Shown here in pieces: positions 8,701-17,241 of a stretch of 40,924 nucleotides of DNA. The first letter of the stretch is position 1; every line of letters starts with the position of its first letter. The stretch is taken from IMG/VR virus record IMGVR_UViG_3300032092_000077, positions 1-40,924 of that record, one strand, 5' to 3'. The notes under the pieces are model-generated. The model was not told the DNA's origin and searched no databases. It was given only the letters and a program-made list of their open reading frames with translations. Position numbers and translations under genes: made by a program. The DNA comes from a virus (Duplodnaviria; Caudoviricetes).

Positions 8701-11700
8701 GGTCGTCCCCACGCATCGGTTTCGAGAATGCCGGTCTTGCCGGTAACCCTGTACACGGCTTGGTAGGTCAGCTCTGGGTCAGACCCGCCGTTGATCAAGC
8801 CCGCGACGAATGATGCATCATCTTGGGAATAGTTGGCCAAGTTGTTGGCGGCTTCCTCGATGACTGAAGGCAGTCCTTGATACGAAATATCGCCATAGTT
8901 CCACAGCGGGCTTGATCCTTCTTCGGCGGTTTCGGCTTCACTGTGAAGCACGCGCAGGATTTGCTTGATTTGCCGACGCGTGATTGTGAGACGCCGCGGG
9001 TCAAGCTGTTTGCCGCCGCGCAGATAAACTCGAAGAAGCCGCTCGCCGTGGCGCTCGGCATAACCTTTGGCCAGCGCTTCGTCATTGGTGAAGTAAAAGC
9101 CTTTGCCCTCGGTGGTGCCCTGGGCGCCCATCTTTCCCCAGTCGAAGACAGTGAATCCACCAGCACCGCCGTGCCACACGGGTCCAATCGTGAATCCTGC
9201 CTTGCGTGCAGCCGCGTCTACCATTTGCTGCGCTGTCGCTGTGTCGCCACGTTCAACAGCCGCCAAATATTGGCGGTCTTCCGCGGCTGTCACAGTGGCC
9301 CGCGATAGCCGCAGATCGCGGCGCTCGGTGTTGTCCCCTGAAAAGTGCTCGCGGGTGCGGGAGAGCGGCAAATCGAGTTGGCTGGGTTGCGGGGGCGGTT
9401 GCGGGGTTTGGTCGCCGCTGCCGCTCTCACGATTTACCAGGCGGAACCGCTCACCGGCAAAGGGGTCTTGCATCAACGCGGCCGCCTCGGCCGCGGACAC
9501 CGCCGCGCGCTGGTACGGGCCGCCGAGTCCGCGAATCTGTTCCTCGCTGAAACCGCGTTGTTGCATGTCCTGCACCGCCTGGGCGCGGGTGAGCGCGACA
9601 CCGCCCCAGTTGATCTTCTCGGCCATGAAGTCGTCGGCCAGATTGCGGCGGCGCGAAAGCATGACGCCCGGCGCGGTCAACGTGGCGTTACCGGCATGGA
9701 ACACACCCGCCTGGGCAGCGTCGCCTGCCTGCGTGCCCAGCGTGGCCAGGGCCTCGGTGGCGGCGGTGCGGACCCGCTCCAGGTTGGCGATGGTGTCGCT
9801 GGCGCGGCGGCGGAGCGTCCAACGGCTGCCGAGGGCCTGCAAACTGCGCTCCAACACGTCCAGCAACGTCTGCAACAGGTCGCGCACGGGCCCGGGAGCG
9901 CGCGCGGCCAGCCGCTGCCAGAAACCGGCATCGGCGGCCAGCTCGCCCACCAGCTCGGGGATAAACTCGTCGCGGGCCTCGGCGGCGCTGGCGGCGGGCA
10001 GGTCCGGCCCAAACTGGTCGTTGAATCGCGCCAGCCAGGCCTGCACGCGGGCGGGGTCGGCTTCCTGGAGGATCACCCGCACCAGCTCATTCCAAACGCG
10101 CGGGTTGGCTTGTTTCAGCCGATGCGTGGCCTCGTGGGTCACAGTCGACAACACGGGGTCGGCAAGTTCCACTGACAACCCGATGACGTTGGTACCCGGC
10201 AACTGCAGCCCGTTAATGCGCGGGCCGGTGCCGGTGCGCTCCAGCCAAACTACGCGCAGCCCGAGGGCTTGGGCGACGGCGTCAACGGTGCGGGCGACGG
10301 GGTGCTCGGTACTGACACGGGCTGGCCGGTAAACACGTTCACCACCAGGGCGTCCGAGGCGCATCTGCAAACGATCAGCGAGTTGGCCGGCGAGGGCTTC
10401 ATCGTGCTGGGCGGTGCCGGGAGCGTAACGCTGCGTGGGGCGGGCGGTTTCATCGCCCACAATCTCGCCCGCCAACGGGTGGGAGTCAAGACCGGAGTCG
10501 GCCTGTTGCGCCCGTGAAAACGGCACTGCCTCTTCGCTCTTTGCGGCGGTTTCTTCCCGCTCCACTTCCGCCTGCCAGTCGCGTTCTTCGGCGCGGCGCT
10601 CGGCGTCGGCCTCCAGTGCGTCCGCCGTGCCGTGATAGGCCGTGGGATAGTAAAAGCGCTGGCCGCGAAGCTCTTCATCGAGCGCGTTGTACAGGTCCGC
10701 GGGCGTGCTGCCCGCGGGCAGGAAACCCGCCTCGACGGCGGCCTCGACGTGGCTATCGGGCGCGTTGGCGGGCCGATTGGCCCGGTCAATCAACCCGCGC
10801 CGCTTGGCCAGCGAGTCCTGTCCCGCTACCAGCTGGGCAAAATCGGCGGCCATCTGCACCGGCCCGCCATCGGGCTTGGCCAGCGCGATGCCGCCCCGGC
10901 CGCGGACAAACTGGGTCAACGTCGTCGCGCCCGCCACGGGAGTGGCCACGGCGGCCGGCCGCGGGGGCGCGGCCACGGGCGCGTTGGGATCCCCGTTGCT
11001 GACCAGCAACGTGGCCAACTCGGCGGGGTCAACGGCCACGGGGGCGACGGCGGGGCGGGCCTCGGCCAGGGCGGCGGCGTCCAACTCGCGGGGCGCGGCG
11101 CCGTCGCGATCGGCCACGATGCTGGCCGTGGTCCGTCGGGCGTGCTCGTCGTTGAGGGCCTGGATCGTGGTCTCATTGGCCACGGCGAACTGGCGGCGGG
11201 TCTGGCCGCTGGCGGGGTCGCGGCGTAGTTTGTGCCAGGTGCCCTCGGCGTCGCGTTCGTACAGGTCCTGCTGCCAGGTCAGCAACGGCACGGGGCCCGC
11301 CAGGCGGGCGCGCAACTCGGCCAACCGAGCGGCGGCGGCGGGGTCGGCCACGGGAGCCGCGCCCAGGTCCTGGGCGGCCGTACCGGCTGCGTCGGACGTG
11401 GGAGTGAGTGTCGCAACTACAACGTCAGCGACGGGCGGCACTGTGCCGCCGCGGTCGGCGCCTGTTCCTGTGACGCGGGCATCTTCCGTGGTGGCGAAAA
11501 CTGCGGGGGCATTGGCCCCCGTGCTGCTCGCGGCGGCGCGGCTGTGCGCGGCGTTGATCGCAGCCAAAAATTCGGCATCGGTCCAGTCGTTCTCGGCGCG
11601 GGCCTGCAACAGGTCGGCCACGGCGGACGGGTCGGCGGCATCGAGCGCCGCCAACTGCGCAAAGGCCGCGGGCAACGGGTCCACCGCGCTGGCGGCGGCG

Positions 11701-12767
11701 GGGCGGGCGGCGGGCGCGGCGGGGCGGGCCGCGGCCGGCACGGGCGGGGGCGTGGCGGCGCGCTGGGTGCGGGCATAGCTGACGGGCAAGCCCAGCGCGG
11801 CAAACACGGTCGAGGCCGCTGCCGCGGGGCCCATCATTTGCTGGACGCGGTCCCACAAGGGCGGCGTGGGCACGTCGGCGGCCCGGTCCGCGCCCCACTG
11901 GCCCGCCTCGGTCACCAGCTCCTCGATGAACTCGGTCACGCCGATCCCCGCGCTGCGGGCGCTGGCCTGCAACGCGCGGCCCAGCCACGTTTTGACGGGA
12001 CGGGTCAGGGCGGCCATGGGTCGGCCCAAACCCGCCAGCTTTAATTGCAGCACATCGCTGACGGCTTCCACGCCGCCCTCGATCAGGCCTTGGGACAAGG
12101 CGTATTGCTGGCGGGCGTCCCCCGTCAAGGTGGCGGGGGCCGTCTCGCGGCTGCGGTCGTAGGTGCTGGCACCAAACAGGGCGCCCGCGACGGCGGCCGG
12201 GTTGCCCGTGGCCGCGCCCAGGCCCATGGCCGCCAGCGACGGCGTGGCCGTGCGGATGCCTTGTTGCAAGAAAGAAACCACGCCCGTGGCGGGGGCCTGG
12301 GGCAACGCGCGGGCCTCGGCGGCGCGCGCCTTGGCTTGCCAGTTGTCCTCCCACCACGATTGCCCGGGCAAACGGACCTGGGCCGCGGCCGGCCAGGCGG
12401 GCGGGCGCAGCGCGTCGTAATACGACGCCCCGGGCACGGTCCACGTCAAACCCTGGCGGGCCATGGACGGCGCACCGGCCAGGCCGCGCGCCACCAGCGC
12501 CATGGTGTCCAGGCCCGCGCCCTGCAACGTGCTGGGCCAATCGGCCGCCACGGGCGCCGCGGGGGCGGGTCCCGACGTCTGGACGGGCGCCGCGCTGTGG
12601 GCGGCGGCGGTCAGGGCGGGCAGGGGGGCCGCGGCCGCGGGCCACGCGGGGCGTTGCCGGGCGGCGGCGAAAATCTCATCGAGGTCGGCGGTGGTGGGGG
12701 GCGCCGCGCCGTCCCAGTCGAGTTGGAAGCGTTGGCCTGTGTGTTGGTCGGTGACGGCGTAACGCAT
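5718..12767 (-). CDS. Large polyvalent / internal virion (ejection) protein, 2349 aa, with zincin-like HExxH and ADP-ribosyltransferase-like domains
   Basis: Last gene of the late operon; VTHEATH motif; VWHGG...GKGFYFT...VYLR ART-like motifs; IPLSERFN...DIRFSR linker typical of phage polyvalent proteins. Confidence 0.75.
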   Translation of the reverse strand: MRYAVTDQHTGQRFQLDWDGAAPPTTADLDEIFAAARQRPAWPAAAAPLPALTAAAHSAAPVQTSGPAPAAPVAADWPSTLQGAGLDTMALVARGLAGAPSMARQGLTWTVPGASYYDALRPPAWPAAAQVRLPGQSWWEDNWQAKARAAEARALPQAPATGVVSFLQQGIRTATPSLAAMGLGAATGNPAAVAGALFGASTYDRSRETAPATLTGDARQQYALSQGLIEGGVEAVSDVLQLKLAGLGRPMAALTRPVKTWLGRALQASARSAGIGVTEFIEELVTEAGQWGADRAADVPTPPLWDRVQQMMGPAAAASTVFAALGLPVSYARTQRAATPPPVPAAARPAAPAARPAAASAVDPLPAAFAQLAALDAADPSAVADLLQARAENDWTDAEFLAAINAAHSRAAASSTGANAPAVFATTEDARVTGTGADRGGTVPPVADVVVATLTPTSDAAGTAAQDLGAAPVADPAAAARLAELRARLAGPVPLLTWQQDLYERDAEGTWHKLRRDPASGQTRRQFAVANETTIQALNDEHARRTTASIVADRDGAAPRELDAAALAEARPAVAPVAVDPAELATLLVSNGDPNAPVAAPPRPAAVATPVAGATTLTQFVRGRGGIALAKPDGGPVQMAADFAQLVAGQDSLAKRRGLIDRANRPANAPDSHVEAAVEAGFLPAGSTPADLYNALDEELRGQRFYYPTAYHGTADALEADAERRAEERDWQAEVEREETAAKSEEAVPFSRAQQADSGLDSHPLAGEIVGDETARPTQRYAPGTAQHDEALAGQLADRLQMRLGRPGGERVYRPARVSTEHPVARTVDAVAQALGLRVVWLERTGTGPRINGLQLPGTNVIGLSVELADPVLSTVTHEATHRLKQANPRVWNELVRVILQEADPARVQAWLARFNDQFGPDLPAASAAEARDEFIPELVGELAADAGFWQRLAARAPGPVRDLLQTLLDVLERSLQALGSRWTLRRRASDTIANLERVRTAATEALATLGTQAGDAAQAGVFHAGNATLTAPGVMLSRRRNLADDFMAEKINWGGVALTRAQAVQDMQQRGFSEEQIRGLGGPYQRAAVSAAEAAALMQDPFAGERFRLVNRESGSGDQTPQPPPQPSQLDLPLSRTREHFSGDNTERRDLRLSRATVTAAEDRQYLAAVERGDTATAQQMVDAAARKAGFTIGPVWHGGAGGFTVFDWGKMGAQGTTEGKGFYFTNDEALAKGYAERHGERLLRVYLRGGKQLDPRRLTITRRQIKQILRVLHSEAETAEEGSSPLWNYGDISYQGLPSVIEEAANNLANYSQDDASFVAGLINGGSDPELTYQAVYRVTGKTGILETDAWGRPGHEVHVATSAAHVKLADAITRDDAGRVIPLSERFNPNRPDIRFSRTREHKLAGRILDQPDNQVDPHSRARIEGERRYTVKGDDAMAREASAWINSVGGVEQAYREVTNTANQLAPDVRTEAAIQLGRLLQERYNKLTRDGDRRGAAQVGRNHAELLSWLTDYFETTGRAVSNARKLFAWDQLQYLTPEGWEVFAQRQVAKARGQRLPSADQALIAGLLRNLEQANARAAAPVAERASQARQAKDPLAQYLAAGSPALRAAAAAAIVKRGAQLRQLVYEHYTTADATAAALAAKLAAQAGLGELQAAQLAQDVAAAMQAETAAVKQRELARVIGQAQQGKVKRAVRSAGERLLRASALGALDTEAAYTALQDKLGLPAYDETLAAVVRDRAAKIQQETNPGKRAALANLLAGDIAAHVREPIYNAIATRLAQVHQLDEQGARELGRYLVDAWRLNLFSVTSFSLDIVANAAELAAQRIEGAGYDLVHALRTGRLSLPATSAFVAALRHRASHARRPLDARLEEAFGRTVSGETDILGAPSAGAFPTGDRGTFSTRRTWAGKSLDALVGTPLYAKGAADLAAKRLAAMAALYQEARTSADRHGLRGAAAQDYIEQYVADPPAHAIETAIAAGNAAGFNRALSPVEERIARNTFFRLLVTPFGRWPFQLARWAGQMVGINPRLWRAVRDGRATPEQIAAYLTRTATGIGGLLLVHALFAPSDAPDEDKDRGHVDYQSGDWVGADGVRVSLRVEPLSTALFLVSLLRGDRPAVIGLSRYASLPFAQALLAGRGEAGGLLGSLFTSVKLAAQQGSTHAVLAEASNTLNRLVPGQALLGAMESVINPRPQRGLGARLPGISYLLPDEPSPTTGQPEVRYWQLGTHTSAPVPAVSGVPLPFTSLTQDPVHQLLSANELLTYRGPRAPVAGVAPADLTWRQRREWNRALGQARQEILGQVNIATLRQQGYTRAQIKEYVRRLDATAAAQARARLGAELTAP
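8553..9364. repeat. 20-bp direct repeat pair GTGCTCGCGGGTGCGGGAGA (8553-8572 and 9345-9364) flanking the ART-like domain
   Basis: Exact match, 792 bp (264 codons) apart; both encode SRTREH on the minus strand. Confidence 0.9.
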
Positions 12768-12782
12768 AGTCGTGGGTCCCGT

Positions 12783-12821
12783 CCCGTGGCGCGGTCACCG
12801 GTCAGGGTGGCGCGCCACGGG
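12783..12821. other. Intergenic GC-rich stem-loop
   Basis: CCCGTGGCGCG...CGCGCCACGGG inverted repeat; no U-tract. Confidence 0.5.
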
Positions 12822-12835
12822 CGCGGGGGTGGCGG

Positions 12836-13240
12836 TTACCGGTTGGGGATGCCCCAGACTTCGACGGTGGCCGTGGTGGTGAGGTTCGTTGCGCCGCGGG
12901 TGTCGCGGGCAAAGAAATTGGTCACCACGTAGGGGCCTTTTTCCGCGTTGGCAACGGTCCAGCTAAACGGCGCGCTGGCGGTGATCTGGCGGTCGTTGGT
13001 GGTGGCGGCGCGGCCAATGGCAAAACACACATTGGTGGCCGGCACCACGTTGATCCGCGTGATCACGGTGCCCGCGGTGGGCACGGCGATGATCTGGGTG
13101 CTGGTGTTGGTGTCGTTGCCTGCCGTGATGGTGGCCGTGTAATTGGTCAACGGCTTTTCCACCCAATAGGCTTGCTGGGCGCGCACGGCGCCCGCGACGG
13201 CCAACACGCCCAACAGGGCGATGGCTTTGAGGATCCTCAT
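12836..13240 (-). CDS. Small Thr/Asn-rich beta protein with signal peptide
   Basis: AAAGGAG RBS before MRILKAIALLGVLAVAGAVRA-Q. Confidence 0.75.
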   Translation of the reverse strand: MRILKAIALLGVLAVAGAVRAQQAYWVEKPLTNYTATITAGNDTNTSTQIIAVPTAGTVITRINVVPATNVCFAIGRAATTNDRQITASAPFSWTVANAEKGPYVVTNFFARDTRGATNLTTTATVEVWGIPNR

Positions 13241-13287
13241 GGTTTGGTGCTGCTCCTTTCTCTTCGCTTGGCGAAGTTGGTTGCGGT

Positions 13288-14100
13288 TCATGGCATCGGG
13301 GACAAACGGTAGCGGCCCGCGCTCAACTGGCCCTGGGCCAGCGGCACGGAGCCCGACAACAGGCGGCCCAGCGCCAGCGCCTGGTCGTTGGGGTTGGTTA
13401 GGGCCGGGCCGGCGATCTGGGGCAGGGCGGCCGGGGGCAACGTGGGCACGCTCATGTCCGGCATCGGCAGGGGCGCGGCGCCCGGCACGGCCAGCATCGT
13501 GCCCGGCGGGGCGTACACGCCCGTGGACCGGCTGGCCTGGAGGCGGTCGAGATTGTCCTTGGCCTGCTGCCAGCGCCAGGCCAGGCCGCGCATTTCGGGG
13601 GTGACAGTCGGTTTGCCCGTCAAATCCCGCGGGGCCATGTTCTCGGCCTGGCTGTAGAGCTTGGCCAACAGGTCCACTTGCTTGATGTGTTCCTCCAGCG
13701 GGTCGGCGTTGGTCGGCTTGGCGCCGATCGGGTAGCGCTGGACGATCTGGCCCGTGAGCGGGTCGGCCAGGCCGACCTCGTTGCCCAGGTTCAACTCGAT
13801 CAGCCGTTGGCCGTGGCCTGTCGGCTCGGGCCCGATGCGGGTCTGCCAGCGGGTCTGGCCCGTGCGCGGGTCCAGGCCCATGGCCAGGCCGCCGTGCTGG
13901 AACACTTGCGGCCGTTGTCCCAGGGCCTGCTCGGCGGCGAACTGGTCGCGGCGCAGCCCGAGCTCCTGTCGCCCCAGCAACAAGCGGCCCAGCTGGAGCC
14001 GCACATCGTCCTCGGCGCGGGCCTGGCTGCCGGCAAAGGCGGCCGCGGCCAGGCCGTCCATGCCGTCATAGAGGCTTTCGGCGGGAATGGTGAATGGCAT
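13288..14100 (-). CDS. Putative internal virion protein
   Basis: AAAGGAG RBS; Gln/Gly/Pro-rich; position upstream of the giant virion protein. Confidence 0.6.
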   Translation of the reverse strand: MPFTIPAESLYDGMDGLAAAAFAGSQARAEDDVRLQLGRLLLGRQELGLRRDQFAAEQALGQRPQVFQHGGLAMGLDPRTGQTRWQTRIGPEPTGHGQRLIELNLGNEVGLADPLTGQIVQRYPIGAKPTNADPLEEHIKQVDLLAKLYSQAENMAPRDLTGKPTVTPEMRGLAWRWQQAKDNLDRLQASRSTGVYAPPGTMLAVPGAAPLPMPDMSVPTLPPAALPQIAGPALTNPNDQALALGRLLSGSVPLAQGQLSAGRYRLSPMP

Positions 14101-14112
14101 GGTGGATCTCCT

Positions 14113-15171
14113 TTAGGCGGCGGCGGGCAACTGGCGGGTGTAGGCGGCCATCTGGGCCAGCTGCAACAGTTGGTTGAGCTCGGCATTGCCGGTTTGATAG
14201 CTCGTGTCGGCCAAGATATTGGCCAGCACGCGGGCGGCATCGCCCTGGAGGCTGCCCTCCAGGCCCGCGAATCCCTGCGTGGCCGCGGCATAGGCCTGGC
14301 GGGCGGACTGGTTGCGATCGGTGGCGGCCAGCATCAGGTCGCGCCGCTCGCCGTTGCCCTGTCTTGCCATCTGCATCCGCAACAGGGCCACGGTGCGCGG
14401 GTCCAGCGCCTTGCCGGCCTGGGCGTACTGTTGCTGGAGCACGCTGATCGCGGCGTTGAATTGGGCGGCCTGCTGGTCCTGTTGGCGGCCCAGTAGGTAA
14501 TTGATCACCTCGGGCGAGTAGGGGTCGCTGCGCAGCCGATTGACGGCCCCCGCGAACTGCTGCATGGCGGGCCCGTTGACCTGGGCCTGCATCCGGCCCG
14601 CGGCCTGCACGGCCTGGGCGCGGTCGGCCAGGGCCCGCTGGCGGGCATCGGCCACGTTGGCGGCATGGCGGGCCAACAAGTTGTCCATCCCATTGGGGCC
14701 GCGCGCGGGCTGATTGCCGGCCGCGCCCAGGCGGCCCGCAAACTCGTCGGGATTGCCCTGGCGGAAACCCGAAGCGCGCGGGTTGGCCAGCGAACCATCG
14801 GCGTTGTAGATCCCCGATAACGCGAGGTTGGCGGGCGGATTACCCGCCACGCTGCCGGGCGTGGCCGCCAGCGCGGGCCAGGGCGACGGGGTCGGGCTTG
14901 CCGGCAAGGGCGCGGGGCGCCACGGGGTGAGCGGCGGCGGGCTCTGGGTCCACAAGTTGCCCAGCGCCCGCACCGAGTCGGCCAGCGAACGGTCGAGGTT
15001 GTCGGGCGCGAACTGGGGGTTGTTGTGGTAGTACTGCTGGGCCAGGGGCGCGTACACGTCCGCCACGGGGTCCCATGCGCCGCCCTGGTCGGCGTAGAAC
15101 GGGATCAGGGCGTCGGGGTCCTGCACGCCCTGCGGAAAGTAGCCTGCTTCTTCGCTGTAGTAACCGTTAGT
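14113..15171 (-). CDS. Putative internal virion protein, proposed non-canonical start at ACT 15171
   Basis: Frame is open upstream of GTG 15126 to a TAG at 15184-15186; AGGAGG lies 5 nt before in-frame ACT AAC; Ala/Gln-rich helical body. Confidence 0.6.
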   Translation of the reverse strand, partial: TNGYYSEEAGYFPQGVQDPDALIPFYADQGGAWDPVADVYAPLAQQYYHNNPQFAPDNLDRSLADSVRALGNLWTQSPPPLTPWRPAPLPASPTPSPWPALAATPGSVAGNPPANLALSGIYNADGSLANPRASGFRQGNPDEFAGRLGAAGNQPARGPNGMDNLLARHAANVADARQRALADRAQAVQAAGRMQAQVNGPAMQQFAGAVNRLRSDPYSPEVINYLLGRQQDQQAAQFNAAISVLQQQYAQAGKALDPRTVALLRMQMARQGNGERRDLMLAATDRNQSARQAYAAATQGFAGLEGSLQGDAARVLANILADTSYQTGNAELNQLLQLAQMAAYTRQLPAAA

Positions 15172-15219
15172 CTGAGCCTCCTTCTACGCCATCGCGGCGC
15201 GGGTTCCAAGTCTTTTGTT

Positions 15220-17241
15220 TCATCGGGGCGCCCCCGTGGGTTGGGCGATCAGGGTCACGCCGTTCAGTTGCCAGGGCTGGGCGGGGCCATCGGTGCCAAA
15301 CTCTCCCTGCCAGTTCTCACCGATGCCGTACTGCGCGGCCACGCACAGGTCCGTGGCGTTGACGGGGAGCAACGTCGCGTTGAGCGTCAACTGCCGCCCC
15401 CGCGCCCAGGTGTAGGGCCGCAACCAAAGGTTCGCGCCCTGTCCCGTGGCGGCGATGCTGGCCTCGCACCAGCGTTTTTGGCCGACTGTCTTGACGCTCA
15501 ACCGCGGCGTCTGCCAGTAGCTGCTGTACCCGCCCAGCATGATCTTGTCGCCCACGCTGACATTGGGCGACAACGCGCCCCCGTAATACGCCGTGTCCAC
15601 CGTCACCGTCTGGCCCGCGGCGGCGCTGATCAACCGGCGCTGGCCTGCGCCCGTGCCACTGAGCACGGTCAGGACTGCGCCCGCGGCGCTACTGCTGCCG
15701 GCTACGTCGTCAAACCACGCATCATCACACGTAATATCGTTCCCGTTCACGCCGCTGACGGTGCCGATGCAACTCATACCCTGGACGCCATCCAGGCTGC
15801 CGGTATCGCAGACCCAGACCCCGCCGTGATAGGTGCCGATCAACAAACGAGTCTCGTCATCGGAAAACTTCTCGGACCGGCTGCTCGCCGCGGGCAACCG
15901 GCAAATCCACCACTGGCACGGCCGCTCCCGCGTTGGCTGGCTGAAATCGGCAATCAACATGAGGTCGGTCACTGCCGTCTCACCGATCCGCGTCAACCAC
16001 AGCACGTACCACTTCCGGGGTTCGTACCATTGGGCATGGGCCATGTGGTCCCGGCCATGGTTCACGCCATCCCGCAGCAACGGCTCAATGTCCTGGCTGA
16101 TCAACTGGGGACGGTTCGTGGCCGTCTGGAACTCGCCCCCGTGCATCAGGTACACTCCCCCCGCGCCGCCGTACCACAAGGCGTTGCCGTTGCCGTCCTG
16201 CACCATCGTAGCGTGGCCCGCACAGCCAACTTCCGTGGACACGCAAACCGGTGTCCAGCCCGTCGAATCCCGCACCAGCAAGTAGGTACTGCGATGCTTG
16301 CCGACAACGACGTTGCCCCGGCACACGCCGAGCGCGGTAATCTCGTCGCCATCATCGCCGCCCACGTCCACCGAGTTGAACACGCTCAAGGGATCGTACC
16401 CCTCGATGTTGTCGGGCAACGCATTGGTGAAGTACACCGTGTTGGGACTGCCCATGATCCGATAGGTGGCATCAGTATCGGTGCTGCCCTGGTAATCGCC
16501 GTTCAAGGTCGCTGTCTGGGTCGCTTCGTCAAAGCTCTCGATCACGTAGCCGAGCACGGCGCCTGTCACCAGGAACGTCTTGCCCTCGACGGCACGGGTC
16601 AAATCGGCATTGGTGAACACCACGGTGTCATCGCCATTGGTCACGCTGGCCGTACCTTCGGTCCACGGCTTGGTCCCGCCCAGCGCAATCTGGGTTGGCA
16701 ACGCCCGCGCCACGGCGCACGCGGGTAAAAACTCGTTCTGGGTGGCCACGGTCAGCACGGTCAGGCTGCCGTCGCTGACGGTGATCTCGTAACTGGTGGT
16801 GACGTTGTCGGCCACGGTCGCCTGGGCTGTCACCCGATACAATTCCGTCCCGCCCGCCAAGGTCATGTAAACGACGCGGGCATTCACGGCCGCGTTGTCC
16901 GACAACGGCAGATTGCCAATGGTGATCTTGCCGTTGGCCGTTACCGGCACGGCCGCGGACTGGATCGGGCCGCTCTCGGCCAAAATCACCCCGCCCGGCG
17001 TGGTGACGGCAAACGTGACGGCGACGATATGCTCGCCCGCGGTCATGCTGCCGCCCGAGCCTGCCACGGTTGTCATCGCGGCGAGTTGCGCGGCGGTCGG
17101 GGGGCGCACACCCCACAAACGGAGCGCACTGCCCAGGCCAGTATTGCACCGGTTCGCATTGATCCCGTCGCAAATGATCTCGCGCCCACCCAAGCGGGCC
17201 GAACTTGGCAGCCAGTCAATCGGTATGTAGGTATCACTCAT
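15220..17241 (-). CDS. Tail nozzle / head-stabilisation-like protein
   Basis: Beta-rich; GDEITALG, VSTEVGC, GGVY and ISQDIEP motifs resemble podoviral nozzle proteins; ATGA overlap at 17241. Confidence 0.6.
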   Translation of the reverse strand: MSDTYIPIDWLPSSARLGGREIICDGINANRCNTGLGSALRLWGVRPPTAAQLAAMTTVAGSGGSMTAGEHIVAVTFAVTTPGGVILAESGPIQSAAVPVTANGKITIGNLPLSDNAAVNARVVYMTLAGGTELYRVTAQATVADNVTTSYEITVSDGSLTVLTVATQNEFLPACAVARALPTQIALGGTKPWTEGTASVTNGDDTVVFTNADLTRAVEGKTFLVTGAVLGYVIESFDEATQTATLNGDYQGSTDTDATYRIMGSPNTVYFTNALPDNIEGYDPLSVFNSVDVGGDDGDEITALGVCRGNVVVGKHRSTYLLVRDSTGWTPVCVSTEVGCAGHATMVQDGNGNALWYGGAGGVYLMHGGEFQTATNRPQLISQDIEPLLRDGVNHGRDHMAHAQWYEPRKWYVLWLTRIGETAVTDLMLIADFSQPTRERPCQWWICRLPAASSRSEKFSDDETRLLIGTYHGGVWVCDTGSLDGVQGMSCIGTVSGVNGNDITCDDAWFDDVAGSSSAAGAVLTVLSGTGAGQRRLISAAAGQTVTVDTAYYGGALSPNVSVGDKIMLGGYSSYWQTPRLSVKTVGQKRWCEASIAATGQGANLWLRPYTWARGRQLTLNATLLPVNATDLCVAAQYGIGENWQGEFGTDGPAQPWQLNGVTLIAQPTGAPR

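Noticed and set aside
15184-15192. Amber readthrough or alternative genetic code (ATG GCG TAG in frame with 14113-15126)
   Set aside because: The tRNA is not a CUA suppressor, TAG ends other genes normally (for example 37741 and 38381), and the strong SD lies downstream of this ATG.
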